This document shows positions 33,777-45,532 of a stretch of 64,000 bases of DNA, in pieces; the stretch's first letter is position 1, and every line of letters begins with the position of its first letter. Position numbers and translations under genes: made by a program. The notes under the pieces were generated by a model. That model did not search any database, was not told where the DNA came from, and saw nothing but the letters and a program-made list of their open reading frames with translations. This DNA comes from Nitrososphaerales archaeon (GTDB lineage: Archaea; Thermoproteota; Nitrososphaeria; Nitrososphaerales; UBA213). The stretch lies in the NCBI GenBank assembly GCA_965197925.1, contig CBDAOC010000019.1, forward strand, positions 96,001-160,000, given 5' to 3'.

Positions 33777-34199
33777 ATGAGTATTAAGAACGAAATAAGT
33801 ATAGACAAAACAAATCAGAGCATTGTGAATATGAGTATCGCTGAAACGGTGGTAGAACTGATGACTTTCAATGATTTTGTAAAGTTTGCCAAGTCGAGAC
33901 ACAGGTTTACCAGACACGACATTTACCAATGTTATAGCAGAAGGAGAGTTCAGTACTGGCTAAATAGGGCCTTACGGTACAAGATTATAAAAGAACTTGA
34001 ATTTCATAACTACGAATATAACCAAGATATTCTGGAGTCCTATGAAGAATTCATTGGTTGGTTACAGAACGTTGACAGATTCTCGCTTGAAGAAGTACCA
34101 GCTCTCGATAGGTATAGTTTGATCCTACAAGCTAAGCGTAAAGGAATCATCAAACCTGTCGATAATTGGACCTGGGAAAAATTCACCCGTGATAATTGA
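33777..34199 (+). CDS. Hypothetical protein (possible tandem wHTH-like)
   Basis: Clean ORF with an upstream TATA-like element and internal pseudo-repeat. Confidence 0.6.
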   Translation: MSIKNEISIDKTNQSIVNMSIAETVVELMTFNDFVKFAKSRHRFTRHDIYQCYSRRRVQYWLNRALRYKIIKELEFHNYEYNQDILESYEEFIGWLQNVDRFSLEEVPALDRYSLILQAKRKGIIKPVDNWTWEKFTRDN

Positions 34200-34499
34200 T
34201 ATATCTCAATACCGTTCAATTTTTTGACCCTTCATAGAAGTCATCGACTATTGGGCTAGTGATGAATATTTTCCAATTTAAGAAGTATAGAAGCGCAACT
34301 CATTAATAATATAATAATCTTAAACTAATTCTCTTTCTAAGGGTAGTACACAAACATCAAAATTAAAAAATAATATTGAGTTTTTTAAAATAGTCAATTA
34401 ACTTGCCTGTATCTCTTCTTTACAACACCTTTAACCAGTAAGTAAAATTTGTGCTCCCAACTTTTAGAAAACTTTGATTCAACACACATTTATAAAAGG

Positions 34500-35537
34500 T
34501 CAAGTAGCCAAGGTGTTTACAAAGTTCGTATAAGAATCTCGTATTTTGACCGTCTTCGGTGGATTTTTGAACCCGTAGGCACAAATAGTATCCTTCAATG
34601 ATAGTTTCTCGTTCTCTTTGCAGTATTTTATTGCTCGAACAACATCAAGAAGCACATTACATGCATTCTCTCCATCCCTGCTTCTCAGTGTAATATCAAT
34701 GATGGTAGGGCTATTCAAAAACCCTTCACCATACATCCAGTAGTGACTCATACGAGAATCATTTAGAAAATCGGCGTATTCAGTTGTACCAGCAACAGAT
34801 TCAAACTCGTAGGGTGCCTCAGTGTTGATTGTTGCAGTTTTTATCTTTCTTTTCATTGCCTTTAAATTTTCATCTATTGTGTTTAGAGTTTCCAAACTAC
34901 CTCCAACATCAAGCTGATAACTCTTCTTCACTTTCACACCTCTCTCCACCATAAAGTCAATCAACCCTTTATGGAAGACAGTGCCTCCAAACTGGCTCAT
35001 TAGATCATCCCCAACCAGCAACAGTCCAGCATTGACAAATTTCTCCACAAGCTTACCTTTAGTCAACAAGGTTGGTGTTGCATTAACAAAGCTTGCATTT
35101 GCCTCCAAAGCACACTCCGCATATTTCTTTGAGGAATTATCCATTCCAGATGGAATTAGATTAATAACAACATCTGGTCTAGATTCTTTTACAGTTTTCA
35201 GTACATTGTCATAAATATCACTTTTGACGACAATAATATCTTTAAGGTTTGAAGGAATATCATCATAGAGTATCCCAGCGTAAACTTCTATATCCAAATT
35301 TTTAAGTTCCACATATCTTCTCTCTCTGTCTCTGAATATAGCACTGGAGAGATCCATCCCAATCTTGGTAGCATTTACATCAAATGCAGATACAATCTCA
35401 ATATCTGAAGCTTTATACCCTCCAACAATGTTATGCCATAATCCATCATTTCTCCCATTAGTATAAAAATCAATTCCTTGTACCAGAGTGCTCGCAATAT
35501 TGCCAACTCCAATAATTGCAATCCTAATCTTGGACAT
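34500..35537 (-). CDS. ino1: Inositol-3-phosphate (myo-inositol-1-phosphate) synthase
   Basis: IAIIGVGNIAS.LVQG, AFDV...KIG.DLS.AIF, FVNATP, GDDLMSQFGGT, YQLDVGG. Confidence 0.9.
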   Translation of the reverse strand: MSKIRIAIIGVGNIASTLVQGIDFYTNGRNDGLWHNIVGGYKASDIEIVSAFDVNATKIGMDLSSAIFRDRERRYVELKNLDIEVYAGILYDDIPSNLKDIIVVKSDIYDNVLKTVKESRPDVVINLIPSGMDNSSKKYAECALEANASFVNATPTLLTKGKLVEKFVNAGLLLVGDDLMSQFGGTVFHKGLIDFMVERGVKVKKSYQLDVGGSLETLNTIDENLKAMKRKIKTATINTEAPYEFESVAGTTEYADFLNDSRMSHYWMYGEGFLNSPTIIDITLRSRDGENACNVLLDVVRAIKYCKENEKLSLKDTICAYGFKNPPKTVKIRDSYTNFVNTLAT

Positions 35538-35838
35538 ATACTACCCGGCTCAAGTTGAGAATTTGTTCTTTTTAATTCTTATGTATTCTATGAACTTACT
35601 TGATTGCTCCTATTTACGCATTAAAATTAGATTCTAAATTGGTTATTCCATCCTTTTGAAAATATTTAATTCTAACAATCATTAATAATAGAAAATGAGT
35701 CGTATGAAGAATGGATTGACTTGGCGTAAAGTAACTTCTACCTAGGGACAAAATCTAATTCAATCTTAACTGACAAGATCCTTATATCTAAACATTTCAC
35801 AACGCAATAAAACCCCTAATATTAAGTCAAGGCTTCTA

Positions 35839-36951
35839 TCAAGCCGTCGCCTTACGCCTTATTTTCTCATTTATCTCTACTTCTATATTTTGTAGCAATT
35901 CTATGATATTTTCCTTATTAATAAAGAGATAATCTTGGCCTTTATCTTTCATCTTAATGTGATATACCCTTAAATCTCTATGTTCTTCAAAGAAGTTTTC
36001 AATTAGAATACTCCCATACTTTCTGGGCTCGATTAGATCAGAAATATAAGATGATGCGCTTGTTAAATCACCCTTCTCTACAGCATGTTTTGTCTTCGCC
36101 ACATGTTCGCTTAAATCTTTTAACTCCAACACTAGGCCTAATACCTCTTTTCGTGCACCACCAAATGGGGTTTCCTTTTCTATACCTATCTTCTGTGCTA
36201 ATTGCTTTGCAAGTGTATATGATTCTTCCTTACCAAATCCTAACCCGCGTCTTATCTTCCTTATTATCAACCCTTTTAGAAGTAAGTTGTTTATTGCTTC
36301 TTCTATATCCTCCCTATCCATACCAGTTATCCACACCATCTTACCAACAACTTCGTAACCAACTCTTATCGCCTCCAATACAACAACTTCAATTATTCGT
36401 CTAAACACCATCTCTCCCCTGGCATTCTCAAAATCTTTGTCTTTTACTGCCTTTTTAGCATAGGAAATTTCAATCTCTATAGCACGTTTCAATGAATCTA
36501 ATGATTCATCGATCTTCCCTGTAAGACATGAGTAACATGCTTTGTTATACCACGCCATGCCCTCGTTGGGATTAATATCGATCGCTTTCTCACAACACTC
36601 AATTGCCTTTTCATAATTCTTCATTTTATAGTATGCTAATCCCTTCATATTCCATGCTTCAGCATTGTTCAAGTCAACTTGTAACGCATTATCATAGGAA
36701 GCCACGGCCTGAGCAAATTCATCCATATGGAATTTACAATATCCCTTCTTTATCCATGCATCAACATAAGAAGGATCTATTCGTAAGGCGAGATCAAAAG
36801 TGTGGATTGCCTCTTCTAGTTTTTCAGAAGCCATATGATTCACTCCTTTCTTATAAAGATCCTTTTTGGCAAATTCTGAGCCACTCGTATCCAAGTTATG
36901 GCCTTGGCCACCTTCTTCCTTGGGGTTTGATCTTGCCAGAAACCTAGGCAT
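35839..36951 (-). CDS. Tetratricopeptide repeat protein
   Basis: Repeated AW..KG....... YE.AI..Y..A...P TPR units. Confidence 0.9.
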   Translation of the reverse strand: MPRFLARSNPKEEGGQGHNLDTSGSEFAKKDLYKKGVNHMASEKLEEAIHTFDLALRIDPSYVDAWIKKGYCKFHMDEFAQAVASYDNALQVDLNNAEAWNMKGLAYYKMKNYEKAIECCEKAIDINPNEGMAWYNKACYSCLTGKIDESLDSLKRAIEIEISYAKKAVKDKDFENARGEMVFRRIIEVVVLEAIRVGYEVVGKMVWITGMDREDIEEAINNLLLKGLIIRKIRRGLGFGKEESYTLAKQLAQKIGIEKETPFGGARKEVLGLVLELKDLSEHVAKTKHAVEKGDLTSASSYISDLIEPRKYGSILIENFFEEHRDLRVYHIKMKDKGQDYLFINKENIIELLQNIEVEINEKIRRKATA

Positions 36952-37258
36952 AAGTAATTTGATTGAAACTCCGCATAAATAGATTATGATATTAAATCAG
37001 AAAATATTGAATATTAATATAGGTAGACCAGTTCAACCCACCATTCTCTGAAATAAGTGTTTTTTTACGTTTCACACAAATTGATACGGAATGTTTCTCT
37101 TCAGTGGAGAACTCCATTGACATTATATCCAAATATATACTTGTAATTACGTTTCATGCAGAATATACTAATTTTATCTCAAATTAATCTGTATTAATTA
37201 TTATATAGAATATAGAAGGGCAAACACTTTTCTGCCCCCCATTCTGTTGACATAAAGT

Positions 37259-37981
37259 ATGAAAGTTAAAGCACTTGCAGTTGATATTGATGGTACTTTG
37301 ACGGAAGATGGCAACGGCATGCTTCACATAGGTTCGTTCTCAATGCTGCGAACTATAGAGAAGGCAGGCTGTAGGGTGATCTATGTGACAGGCCGCTCAT
37401 CTTTAGAAGCATATATTTTATCTATGTTCGGCGGTACTACCAGAATCGCGGTTGGTGAAAATGGTGGCGTCGTTACTACTGGGCCACATGAGCATAAGCT
37501 ATTAGTAGATAAATCACACTCTGATAGAGCCTATGAATTTCTTAGCAAAAGAATAGATAGCGTAAAAAAGAAACTGGTCTTTACTAGATTGACCGAAGTA
37601 GTGCTGGAACGCACCTTTGATGTCACCATTGCGGCCCAGTTATTGAAGGAAAGTAAATTACCCGTCATAATTACAGATAGCAAATTTGCATATCATTTGA
37701 ACCATGAAAGTATAAACAAAGCTGTAGGTTTCAAAGCAGCATTGGAAGGATTAGACATCACACCCGAAGAATCTATAGCTATTGGTGATAGCGAAACTGA
37801 TATTCCACTATTCAATTCTTGCGGATATAGTATTGCCTTGGGCAATGCGGAGGATAATGTGAAGGTATATGCGAAGCATACAGTAAACAATAATGATGGG
37901 AATGGTTTGGTTGACGCATTGGATCACATAGCATACAATTTTCTGGGTGTGAAAGATGGTATTCAGACTTTTGATAAATGA
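37259..37981 (+). CDS. HAD-family phosphoglycolate phosphatase-like hydrolase
   Basis: DIDGTLT, VTGR, ENGG, NKA.G, IGDSETD. Confidence 0.9.
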   Translation: MKVKALAVDIDGTLTEDGNGMLHIGSFSMLRTIEKAGCRVIYVTGRSSLEAYILSMFGGTTRIAVGENGGVVTTGPHEHKLLVDKSHSDRAYEFLSKRIDSVKKKLVFTRLTEVVLERTFDVTIAAQLLKESKLPVIITDSKFAYHLNHESINKAVGFKAALEGLDITPEESIAIGDSETDIPLFNSCGYSIALGNAEDNVKVYAKHTVNNNDGNGLVDALDHIAYNFLGVKDGIQTFDK

Positions 37982-39866
37982 AGTTAGGCCATTGCTAAAT
38001 GATGTTTTAGCTAAACTTGACTTCCCGAGAGTAGTCTTTTCCGTAGAGGAGACTCCTAGAACAGATCTTGGAGACGTATATAGTAATATAGCATTCCAGC
38101 TAAGCAAGGAGATTGGAAGGAAGCCCAGTGAAATCGCAAGAGAGATTTTTGTAGTTGTCAAGTCTTCCTTGGATCAAAAAAAGAATTCATTAATTGCATT
38201 TGTAGATGCACATCCTGCAGGTTACATTAACTTCACGGCAAACCGTACTAGATTAACCTATGAAACATTGTCAAGGACTAACGCGTTTGAACAAGATACC
38301 TTAGATATTGGGAAGAACAAACGTGTCCTTGTAGAACACACTAGTGTTAATCCAAACAAAGCACTGCATATAGGTCACATACGCAATGTAGTGCTTGGAG
38401 ATTGTGTATATAGAATTCTGAATCACACAAATCACAATGCTTATGTTCTGAACTATGTTGACGATTCTGGGCTCCAGGTAGCAGATATAATCGTTGGATT
38501 GAAATTTGCAAACTTTCCATTAAAAACAGAAAGAAAATTTGATCATTATTGTGGGGATGAGATTTATGTAAAAGTGAATGAAATGTACCAAAAAGACACA
38601 AGCCTGGTTGAAAAACGACGATATGTGGTAAAAGAAATCGAAAAACCTAATTCCGAAATTGCAAAATTTGCTAGGGAACTCACTGGAAAGGTTCTCAACG
38701 AACAGCTCAAGACCTGTTGGAGGATGAAGGTAAGATATGATTGCTTGAACTTTGAATCTCAAATTATTCAGTCCAGATTGTGGGAAATTGTACTTGAGTT
38801 AATGAAAGAAAAGGAAATTGTAAAGACGGAAAATAATCCAAAATCTAAATACATGGGCTGTTTGGTCATAAAAGCAGGATTCGAAGGCGATGAGAAGGTT
38901 CTGCTCAGAAGTGATGGCACCACCACATACATTTCCAAGGATATTCCATATGCAGCATGGAAGGTCGGGTTGGTCGAAGACCCGTTTAGTTACTACAAAT
39001 ACGCTACCCAGTTTGATAACACTACCTTACTAGCAACAAAACTCGATTTATCAAGGGAAGTGAATCCTAGATTTCATGCAGCAGATTTGGCAATTACAGT
39101 GATAGACAGTAGACAGAGTAGACTTCAAAAAATAATATCCAAAGTGCTTGCTATGTTTGGAGCAAATTCGGAGCTCTACATACATCTTAGCTATGAAGTT
39201 GTTACATTAAGCAATGATACCGCTAGAAGACTTGGCATAAAGATAGGAGAGAAGCAGTTTGCTCAAATGTCAGGGAGAAAGGGGGTGTATGTAAATGCAG
39301 ACACAGTACTCGACGCGCTATACAGAATATCATACGAAGCTACAAAAATAAGAAACCCGCAAGCTGATAATGTATGGTTGGAAAGAATAGCTGAAAGTAT
39401 TGCGATAGCAGCTATACGGTATAGTATGATAAAGCAGGATATCGACAAAACCATTTCATTTGATATGAAGGAATCGTTAAACCTGGAAGGAGACACGGGT
39501 CCTTATTTGCAATACGGGCATGCTAGGGCATGTAGGATAATAGAAAAGTCCGTCGAATCTTCATTAACTATTGATCATAATTTGGCATCGATGTTGAACA
39601 CAAAACATGAAATTACTCTAATCAAGGGGTTATCCAAGTTTGGAATGCATTTGGAAAACGCGGTTCTCAATCTATCTCCAAAATTAATTGCAAGATATGC
39701 TTATACACTTTCTACCCAGTTCAACGCATTTTACGAACACATTCCTGTATTGCAAGAGAATGATGTAGAAGTAAGAAAAGCACGCTTAATATTGGTAGGC
39801 TCATTTATTGCTGCTATAAGAGCTGCATTAAACTTGCTCGGAATAGATGCCTTGGAGAAAATGTAA
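37956..39866 (+). CDS. argS: Arginine--tRNA ligase
   Basis: EHTSVNPNKALHIGHIRN, RSDGTTTY..KDI, MSGRKG, GDTGPYLQY.HAR. Confidence 0.97.
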   Translation: MVFRLLINEVRPLLNDVLAKLDFPRVVFSVEETPRTDLGDVYSNIAFQLSKEIGRKPSEIAREIFVVVKSSLDQKKNSLIAFVDAHPAGYINFTANRTRLTYETLSRTNAFEQDTLDIGKNKRVLVEHTSVNPNKALHIGHIRNVVLGDCVYRILNHTNHNAYVLNYVDDSGLQVADIIVGLKFANFPLKTERKFDHYCGDEIYVKVNEMYQKDTSLVEKRRYVVKEIEKPNSEIAKFARELTGKVLNEQLKTCWRMKVRYDCLNFESQIIQSRLWEIVLELMKEKEIVKTENNPKSKYMGCLVIKAGFEGDEKVLLRSDGTTTYISKDIPYAAWKVGLVEDPFSYYKYATQFDNTTLLATKLDLSREVNPRFHAADLAITVIDSRQSRLQKIISKVLAMFGANSELYIHLSYEVVTLSNDTARRLGIKIGEKQFAQMSGRKGVYVNADTVLDALYRISYEATKIRNPQADNVWLERIAESIAIAAIRYSMIKQDIDKTISFDMKESLNLEGDTGPYLQYGHARACRIIEKSVESSLTIDHNLASMLNTKHEITLIKGLSKFGMHLENAVLNLSPKLIARYAYTLSTQFNAFYEHIPVLQENDVEVRKARLILVGSFIAAIRAALNLLGIDALEKM

Positions 39867-39992
39867 TTATTATATTCTATTTTTTATTACCTATTCAAGT
39901 TAGTTTGCAGACTGGCATTTATCCTTGTTTTAGTTAGGAAATATCAGCCCAGACCAGGGAACTTGTAAATAAAAAAAATGATCTTATCAATT

Positions 39993-40445
39993 CTAGTCAA
40001 GTTCTCTAAGAGCGTCCCTCCTGTGTTCGAATGACGCTATGAGTAGTTGATCAAACTCTACCCGTAGCGATTCTCGTACTACGGGATCTTCCGTTTGGAC
40101 GTATTCCTTCATTTTCTGAAGAGCTTCTCTCTGTTTATCAAGTGAATTCATCGATAACTTCTTGTAATTGTCGTGTGTTGAAATCAGGCGTAATGATAAA
40201 TATTCTCCACGTAAAGTATCAGTATCAGTTATAGATTGATTAATTATTTCCGTAAATTGTAGATCATCAATAGCACCTTGCTGCCAAGTTACAGATGCAT
40301 TATCAATAAAATCTAATTTCCGTTCACGTTTCTTCTCAATGTCCATGATCTTGTCGGTATCTGAATGACTTTGGCTCATGACACCTGCGATCGCTGTGAG
40401 TATAACGACTCCTGAGGCAATTCCAATTATTAATTTCTTATTCAT
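39993..40445 (-). CDS. Membrane-anchored or secreted helical hypothetical protein
   Basis: N-terminal hydrophobic segment. Confidence 0.7.
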   Translation of the reverse strand: MNKKLIIGIASGVVILTAIAGVMSQSHSDTDKIMDIEKKRERKLDFIDNASVTWQQGAIDDLQFTEIINQSITDTDTLRGEYLSLRLISTHDNYKKLSMNSLDKQREALQKMKEYVQTEDPVVRESLRVEFDQLLIASFEHRRDALRELD

Positions 40446-40484
40446 GATATTGTATCACAGGTTCATCATATTAATAACTGGTAG

Positions 40485-40850
40485 CTACTCGAGCTTCAGC
40501 TTGAAGGGTTCTTGTTCAAAATCAATCCTAATACTATTTAGTTGTTTGACCCCACTAAGAATAGCCTCATAATTTTTTGTCTGCAAACCTGTCCACATTA
40601 TTACTAAAAGTGCATCAGTAGCTTCTTTGTATTCTTCATTACAATATGTCTGCACTTTATGCACGCTACTTTCAATCTTTTCTATCACTTCTGCTATATG
40701 TTCTACTGATATAGTTGAACCCAAAGAGTCCCATAACCACTGAGAGGGTGCGGAGTAAACTAGTTCCCTTAGGCCTAAGGATATATTCTTGATCTCCTCT
40801 ATCTGTTCCTTAACTGTGTCAAAATTAACACTCATCGGTAGAGAATCCAC
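40485..40850 (-). CDS. Hypothetical protein
   Basis: Clean helical ORF. Confidence 0.6.
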   Translation of the reverse strand: MDSLPMSVNFDTVKEQIEEIKNISLGLRELVYSAPSQWLWDSLGSTISVEHIAEVIEKIESSVHKVQTYCNEEYKEATDALLVIMWTGLQTKNYEAILSGVKQLNSIRIDFEQEPFKLKLE

Positions 40851-41866
40851 AATAATACCTCATAAAGATTAGCATACTCATTAGATTAGCATACTCATTT
40901 TCCATATTGAAGAACTATAACACTAATCCGCAACATTTGATTCTCTTTCAATTAACGCTATCAGGAAGCTATGTTAGTATGTGTATAGTTTGAGTCAGAA
41001 TAAGTTATTTGTGGAATTGTGTTGGGTTGATAATTACAAGACCCTCGAATTTTTGGCTTACAATCACAGATTAAACATGATCAAGGATCATCTGTTTAGA
41101 ATATCCAGAACTTGTATCTTTACACCTTTCATTTGATTTATCATTTATACTTCGTCTAATTAGTCCACTAGCCGGTTCAGATTGTTAAAACAAAAATAGT
41201 AATGAAGAAGAGTAAACCGGTGACCAATCCTTTGATATCCTGCACCTCTAATCTTTTTGGAGATAATTGAAATCATAATTATGTTATGTATGAATTTTCC
41301 CAATGAATATTGCCTTCTATTATCTTCAACTGTGAGTACTTTCGTTATCGTGTTGAGATTTTTTCTTGGATAAATAATTCTATTACCTTAGTGATCATAG
41401 GCAAAAATTATCTTGAATCTTAATTATGAGTCCCCATAGATTAATCGTAATTTTTGTTGATATATCATCAGGAAACAACCTATTGTCTTAACAGCTATAG
41501 TATCACAGTCCATAGAGATACGAATTATTCTATTGGTGAATATTCTAGCAAAAACAAATGTTGAGAACTGAAATCCTGAGCCTTGGTATGCCACGTTTTA
41601 TACAGTAAATTGAAATTTTTATTATTTTCTTGAGCTCACGAATTCTGCTGCTACTAAACTCCAGTTCCACTTCCATAAGTAATGAACAACTCATGTATTA
41701 TGAAAATAATGGGGAACCGTCTATGATTAGGATTCACTCGTGATTGCAAATGGTGTTATGACGATAATTTCAAAAATAGGATATTGATCGAAGTAGATTC
41801 CCTTTCGCCAGAGGCCTTGTACGTGGTTTAAAAATGAAAGAATAGTTACTATTTGCTATCTTCTTC

Positions 41867-42115
41867 CTATTCAGATCGATTATCATCTACATTTTTATTA
41901 CTATGGGTTGTTGTTGCCATAGCTAATCCTATCCAAGCCAATACTCCAAGCATTCCCGCTACAGCAACTAGCACTGTTAGCTGTAAAATGATCTCCTTCC
42001 AATCAGAAACAAGTAGAAACCATGCATAAATTATGAAACCAATAATACAAGAAATGAATATTGTTATACCGACAGTTCTATTTTGTCTGGCCATGCAATA
42101 TTCAATTTCTACCAT
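41867..42115 (-). CDS. Small two-TM archaeal membrane protein
   Basis: I.YAW.L....ILQLTV.VAVAG.LG.LAWIG..MATT. Confidence 0.7.
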   Translation of the reverse strand: MVEIEYCMARQNRTVGITIFISCIIGFIIYAWFLLVSDWKEIILQLTVLVAVAGMLGVLAWIGLAMATTTHSNKNVDDNRSE

Positions 42116-42329
42116 TATATTACATTATTTATTTCCTACATGACCATTACACCATGAATAGATTTGATTTATTCGAGCGTATCGATGTCGTTAAGACTCT
42201 TGTCTTTAATGCTTCTTATTCTAGGAAATCTCAAATCGTAACCACTATTACGCCTTTCATTTTTTCTATATGCTATCGAATGCTATTTCTAACACAACTT
42301 CAGGTCTAACAAGTATTCTGTAACCCTCA

Positions 42330-43045
42330 TCCTGGATTATGATTGACTTTGGCCTATAAGTCAGCTATAAGATCTCTTCGTTAGTTATTCCAGAATAAGC
42401 CTTTGCTACCACATTCAACTCGGTATTATCCCTTACTGCAAATGTATAATCCGAGAGAATACTTGCTCTCTTACCATGGTCCTATTCTACTATTACTACC
42501 CCAGTATCTATAGTGTCAAGTTCGTGTTAGTTTGACCCAGTGTTTTCCTCTCCTTCCCGGCTTATACGTCGAATCAAGATCTTTTAATACCAATCCCCAC
42601 GTCTTATTCTTCGGCTTTCTGTAGACATTTTCTCTATCCTCTCTACACCATCCAGACGTAAGAGTGGTAGGATAAACATTGGTTCATTGAACGACAACCA
42701 GTCAAGTTGATCCTTTCTCCTTGTTAACGATTGTTTCATTGCGCTAGAACCGTCGAGATAAAATAAATCGTATGCCATGTAAATTACTGGTATTGCCTTC
42801 ATAATATCATGATCAACATTCTTTCTTCGTAGTCTTTGCTGTAACTCATTAAAGGGTAAAGGCTTGTTATTTCGAGCTAACACTATTTCTCCGTCTAATA
42901 TTAAATCCCCTGTTTGCTTTGTACATGTGTAGGCAAGCTCTGGGAAAGATGTTGTTATTTCTTCTAACTACCTTGAAAATATATTTATTTTATTGCCAAT
43001 TTTATTAATCTGCGCCCTTAAACCGTTGGATTTATACTCTGAGAT
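42330..43045 (-). pseudogene. lig: ATP-dependent DNA ligase fragment (multiple stops and frameshifts, 5' part replaced by IS)
   Basis: EYKSNGLRAQ (motif I), LILDGEIV, PF..LQQRL, AYDLFYLDG, Y.PGRRGKHWVK, G.RA..LSDYTFAV, KAYSG. Confidence 0.85.
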
Positions 43046-43049
43046 CAAG

Positions 43050-43878
43050 CCCAAATTCCGATTGATAGAACTGCAGCAATGCCAGTCTATTATTATCTGT
43101 AGTATGCTTGTACCTTTCCAATGGGAATACTGGATGCCCTCTATACCTGCTGAAATCACATAACTTGTGATCATCATATCCTTCATCTTCTACAACATAC
43201 CTTACCATTCCTGTAGGCAATGAAGATGTTATGCTTTCATACATCTTGTTATCAGTAATGCTAGCTGTTGTGAAATCAGCTGATAATGGAACTATCAATG
43301 AACCTGTGCTACATGCTAGATGCATCTTGTATCCGAATATCCATCCCTTGGTTCTGCTGTAGCCCCATCGAGCATCTGTATCTATACCTGAGCGTGGCAC
43401 TTCGTTCTTCATGTTTGATCTATGCCATACATGTCTCTTTGCTTTCAACAATGAACTGTCAACGGATACTATGGATGAGTCTACCAACCCATCTTTTATG
43501 AAGAGCATATCCATAGCACCTATCCTTGATCTTATGTCAATTGATATGGCTTTGACCTTCTGTCGAATGTTCTTCTGTCTGGTAATCTATCCAAACCACA
43601 TGCCCTCATTACCTTCCTGTTGTATGGCATATCTATCGAAAAATATTCATGCAAAGCGTTGTTGCTTGGTATTTACCCATACTCTAACGATGAAGCGTCT
43701 CACCATTACTGTAGGGGAATAGTAGCAAGGTTTACCTCTCTTCCTATTAGGTTTTGTCCGAATCACGTCAATCAAAAATAATATACGAAGAAGTATCGAG
43801 TCTGGGCTAAACATATCAACAATAAAAACTAGAACCTGATCTTATCGTTTCGAACTACTTAATTACGACCAAGCCTCA
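43050..43878 (-). mobile_element. Second, truncated and frameshifted copy of the IS at 123-1214
   Basis: High nucleotide identity to ~385-1214; terminal aattacgaccaagcctca at 43861-43878. Confidence 0.9.
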
Positions 43879-43888
43879 AATATCTAAT

Positions 43889-44401
43889 ATGCTAAAAAAA
43901 ATCTATTTAGCTAGTCCCTATGGATTCTCTGAAGGCGGTGAACACTTTATGTTCAATGTTATAGTCCCCGCTCTAAAAAAGACTGGGTTCATAGTATTAA
44001 ATCCTTGGGATTCTCTAAAAAGTACATCTAGAGAAATTCAAAAAGCCTCAAAGACACAATCTATTTCTGAGTTAAAGAGACGCCTAAGGGAAATAAATCG
44101 GGAATTAGCAAAAATGAATGTGGTTAGTATAAGAAAATCTGATATCGTGGTAGCTGTACTGGATGGTCAAGATGTCGATAGTGGTGTGGCAGCTGAGATA
44201 GGATACGCTTATGCACTACAAAAGAAGATTATCGGATATAGAAGCGATTTCAGATTAGCAAGCGACAATCTTGGTGGTATAATAAACCTACAGGTCCAAT
44301 GGTTTATTGAAAATTCTGGGGGAATTATTGTTACTAGCCTTGAAGAGCTTCTTCGGAATTTACGAAGGATGAACAACAGTATTAAGCGTGGTAAAGAATA
44401 A
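43889..44401 (+). CDS. Nucleoside 2-deoxyribosyltransferase family protein
   Basis: IYLASP.GFS, NPW, D.VVA.LDG.DVDSGVAAEIGYAYAL.K.IIGYRSDFR, NLQV. Confidence 0.9.
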   Translation: MLKKIYLASPYGFSEGGEHFMFNVIVPALKKTGFIVLNPWDSLKSTSREIQKASKTQSISELKRRLREINRELAKMNVVSIRKSDIVVAVLDGQDVDSGVAAEIGYAYALQKKIIGYRSDFRLASDNLGGIINLQVQWFIENSGGIIVTSLEELLRNLRRMNNSIKRGKE

Positions 44402-44659
44402 ACAATATTAGTTCTATCAACAAACCTATTCTTTGAATAGGTGATGTCCTCAGAACAGCTAACCTTACAATTACGCATAAAAAGTACAGAATTAGAAAAG
44501 CAGTTAAAAAGAAAGGCGTTCAAGCCCGGTATTGTGGGGCCTTGGAAATGGAAGGGCTGATGCCCAATTAATTAATACCAAATTAATCAAACAGGTTACA
44601 TTGCTTGCGCCTGTATCCCTGTATTTTTGTTTTGTTTTTGAGCATCCTAAATCCAATTC

Positions 44660-44980
44660 CTATGATATCGAATGGCATCCGGAACAGATTTGAAGCTGTC
44701 TAGTTTTTTCAATCCTGTTTTGAGTTGGAATATTTCCCTTTAGCATGATGCAGCTTTGGATATGTCTGCAGTGCCTGTTGCCCATCTTTCTTAGTCCGTA
44801 ATGAAAATCAGGACGCCCACAACTCCATATATCTGCGCCCTGTAGTTTCTCAACATTGTATTTCTTCCCCGAGTTTTGGGATTCCACATAGTGGTTGCTT
44901 GTTATTTTTCTAACCGGATTTGTCTTGGAATAAATCTGAATTGCTTTCTGTTTTCTTGAATCTATGTTAATAGGTAACAT
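44660..44980 (-). pseudogene. SWIM zinc-finger N-terminal fragment (as in archaeal IS6-like DDE transposases)
   Basis: Y.V.SQ.SGKKY.V...W.C..PDF.Y.......CRHI, then CSGC; truncated. Confidence 0.6.
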
Positions 44981-45075
44981 TATAGGTTATATAAACATTA
45001 GGTAATAATTTAGGTCATCATCTACTAGGTCAGGATATAGGTAACTTTATAGTCAAGTCATTAAAATAACCTAAT

Positions 45076-45291
45076 ATGCCTGAAACAAATTTGACCAGAT
45101 TAGTTTTAGCAAACAAGAGTAAATCTTTGAGAACTACAATCCCTGCCCATATTATCAGGCAGTTTGATCTTAAGGAAGGAGATCAGTTAGAATGGACACT
45201 TGAAGTAAAAGATGGCAAGATGGGGTTGGGAGTAAGACCAAAAAAATCAGTGACTATTCATGGCAATAAATGGCAAACAAAGAAAAATTGA
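45076..45291 (+). CDS. AbrB/MazE/SpoVT family DNA-binding protein
   Basis: SKSLRTTIPAHIIRQFDLKEGDQLEW. Confidence 0.85.
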   Translation: MPETNLTRLVLANKSKSLRTTIPAHIIRQFDLKEGDQLEWTLEVKDGKMGLGVRPKKSVTIHGNKWQTKKN

Positions 45292-45532
45292 CTATGGTAG
45301 CCGGTCAAAACCTGAATTGGCTATCAAGAAGCTTGAAAAAAGAAAAAAATACGGCATAATTGGGGATGAAGAAAGAACCGAAGTTTTTGAGGAAGAGGTG
45401 CAAAAGAAATTACCTGTTCTAAAGGAAGTTGGGAAAAATGGAATTGAAGATGCATCAAAACCAAACAGCATTCTGATTGAGAGCGATAACTATCATGCTC
45501 TTTCGGCTTTGAATTATGCACATAAAGGAAAA
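45260..45532 (+). pseudogene. N-terminal fragment of type III R-M Mod methyltransferase
   Basis: KKYG...E.FEE....KLPVLKEV....N.LIE.DNYHALS.LNY.HKGK, cut just before the expected IDxIYIDPPY. Confidence 0.75.

Noticed and set aside
40867..40898. Short two-copy tandem repeats (also ~17684-17728, 19914-19940, 63499-63522)
   Set aside because: Consistent with simple slippage; no functional context
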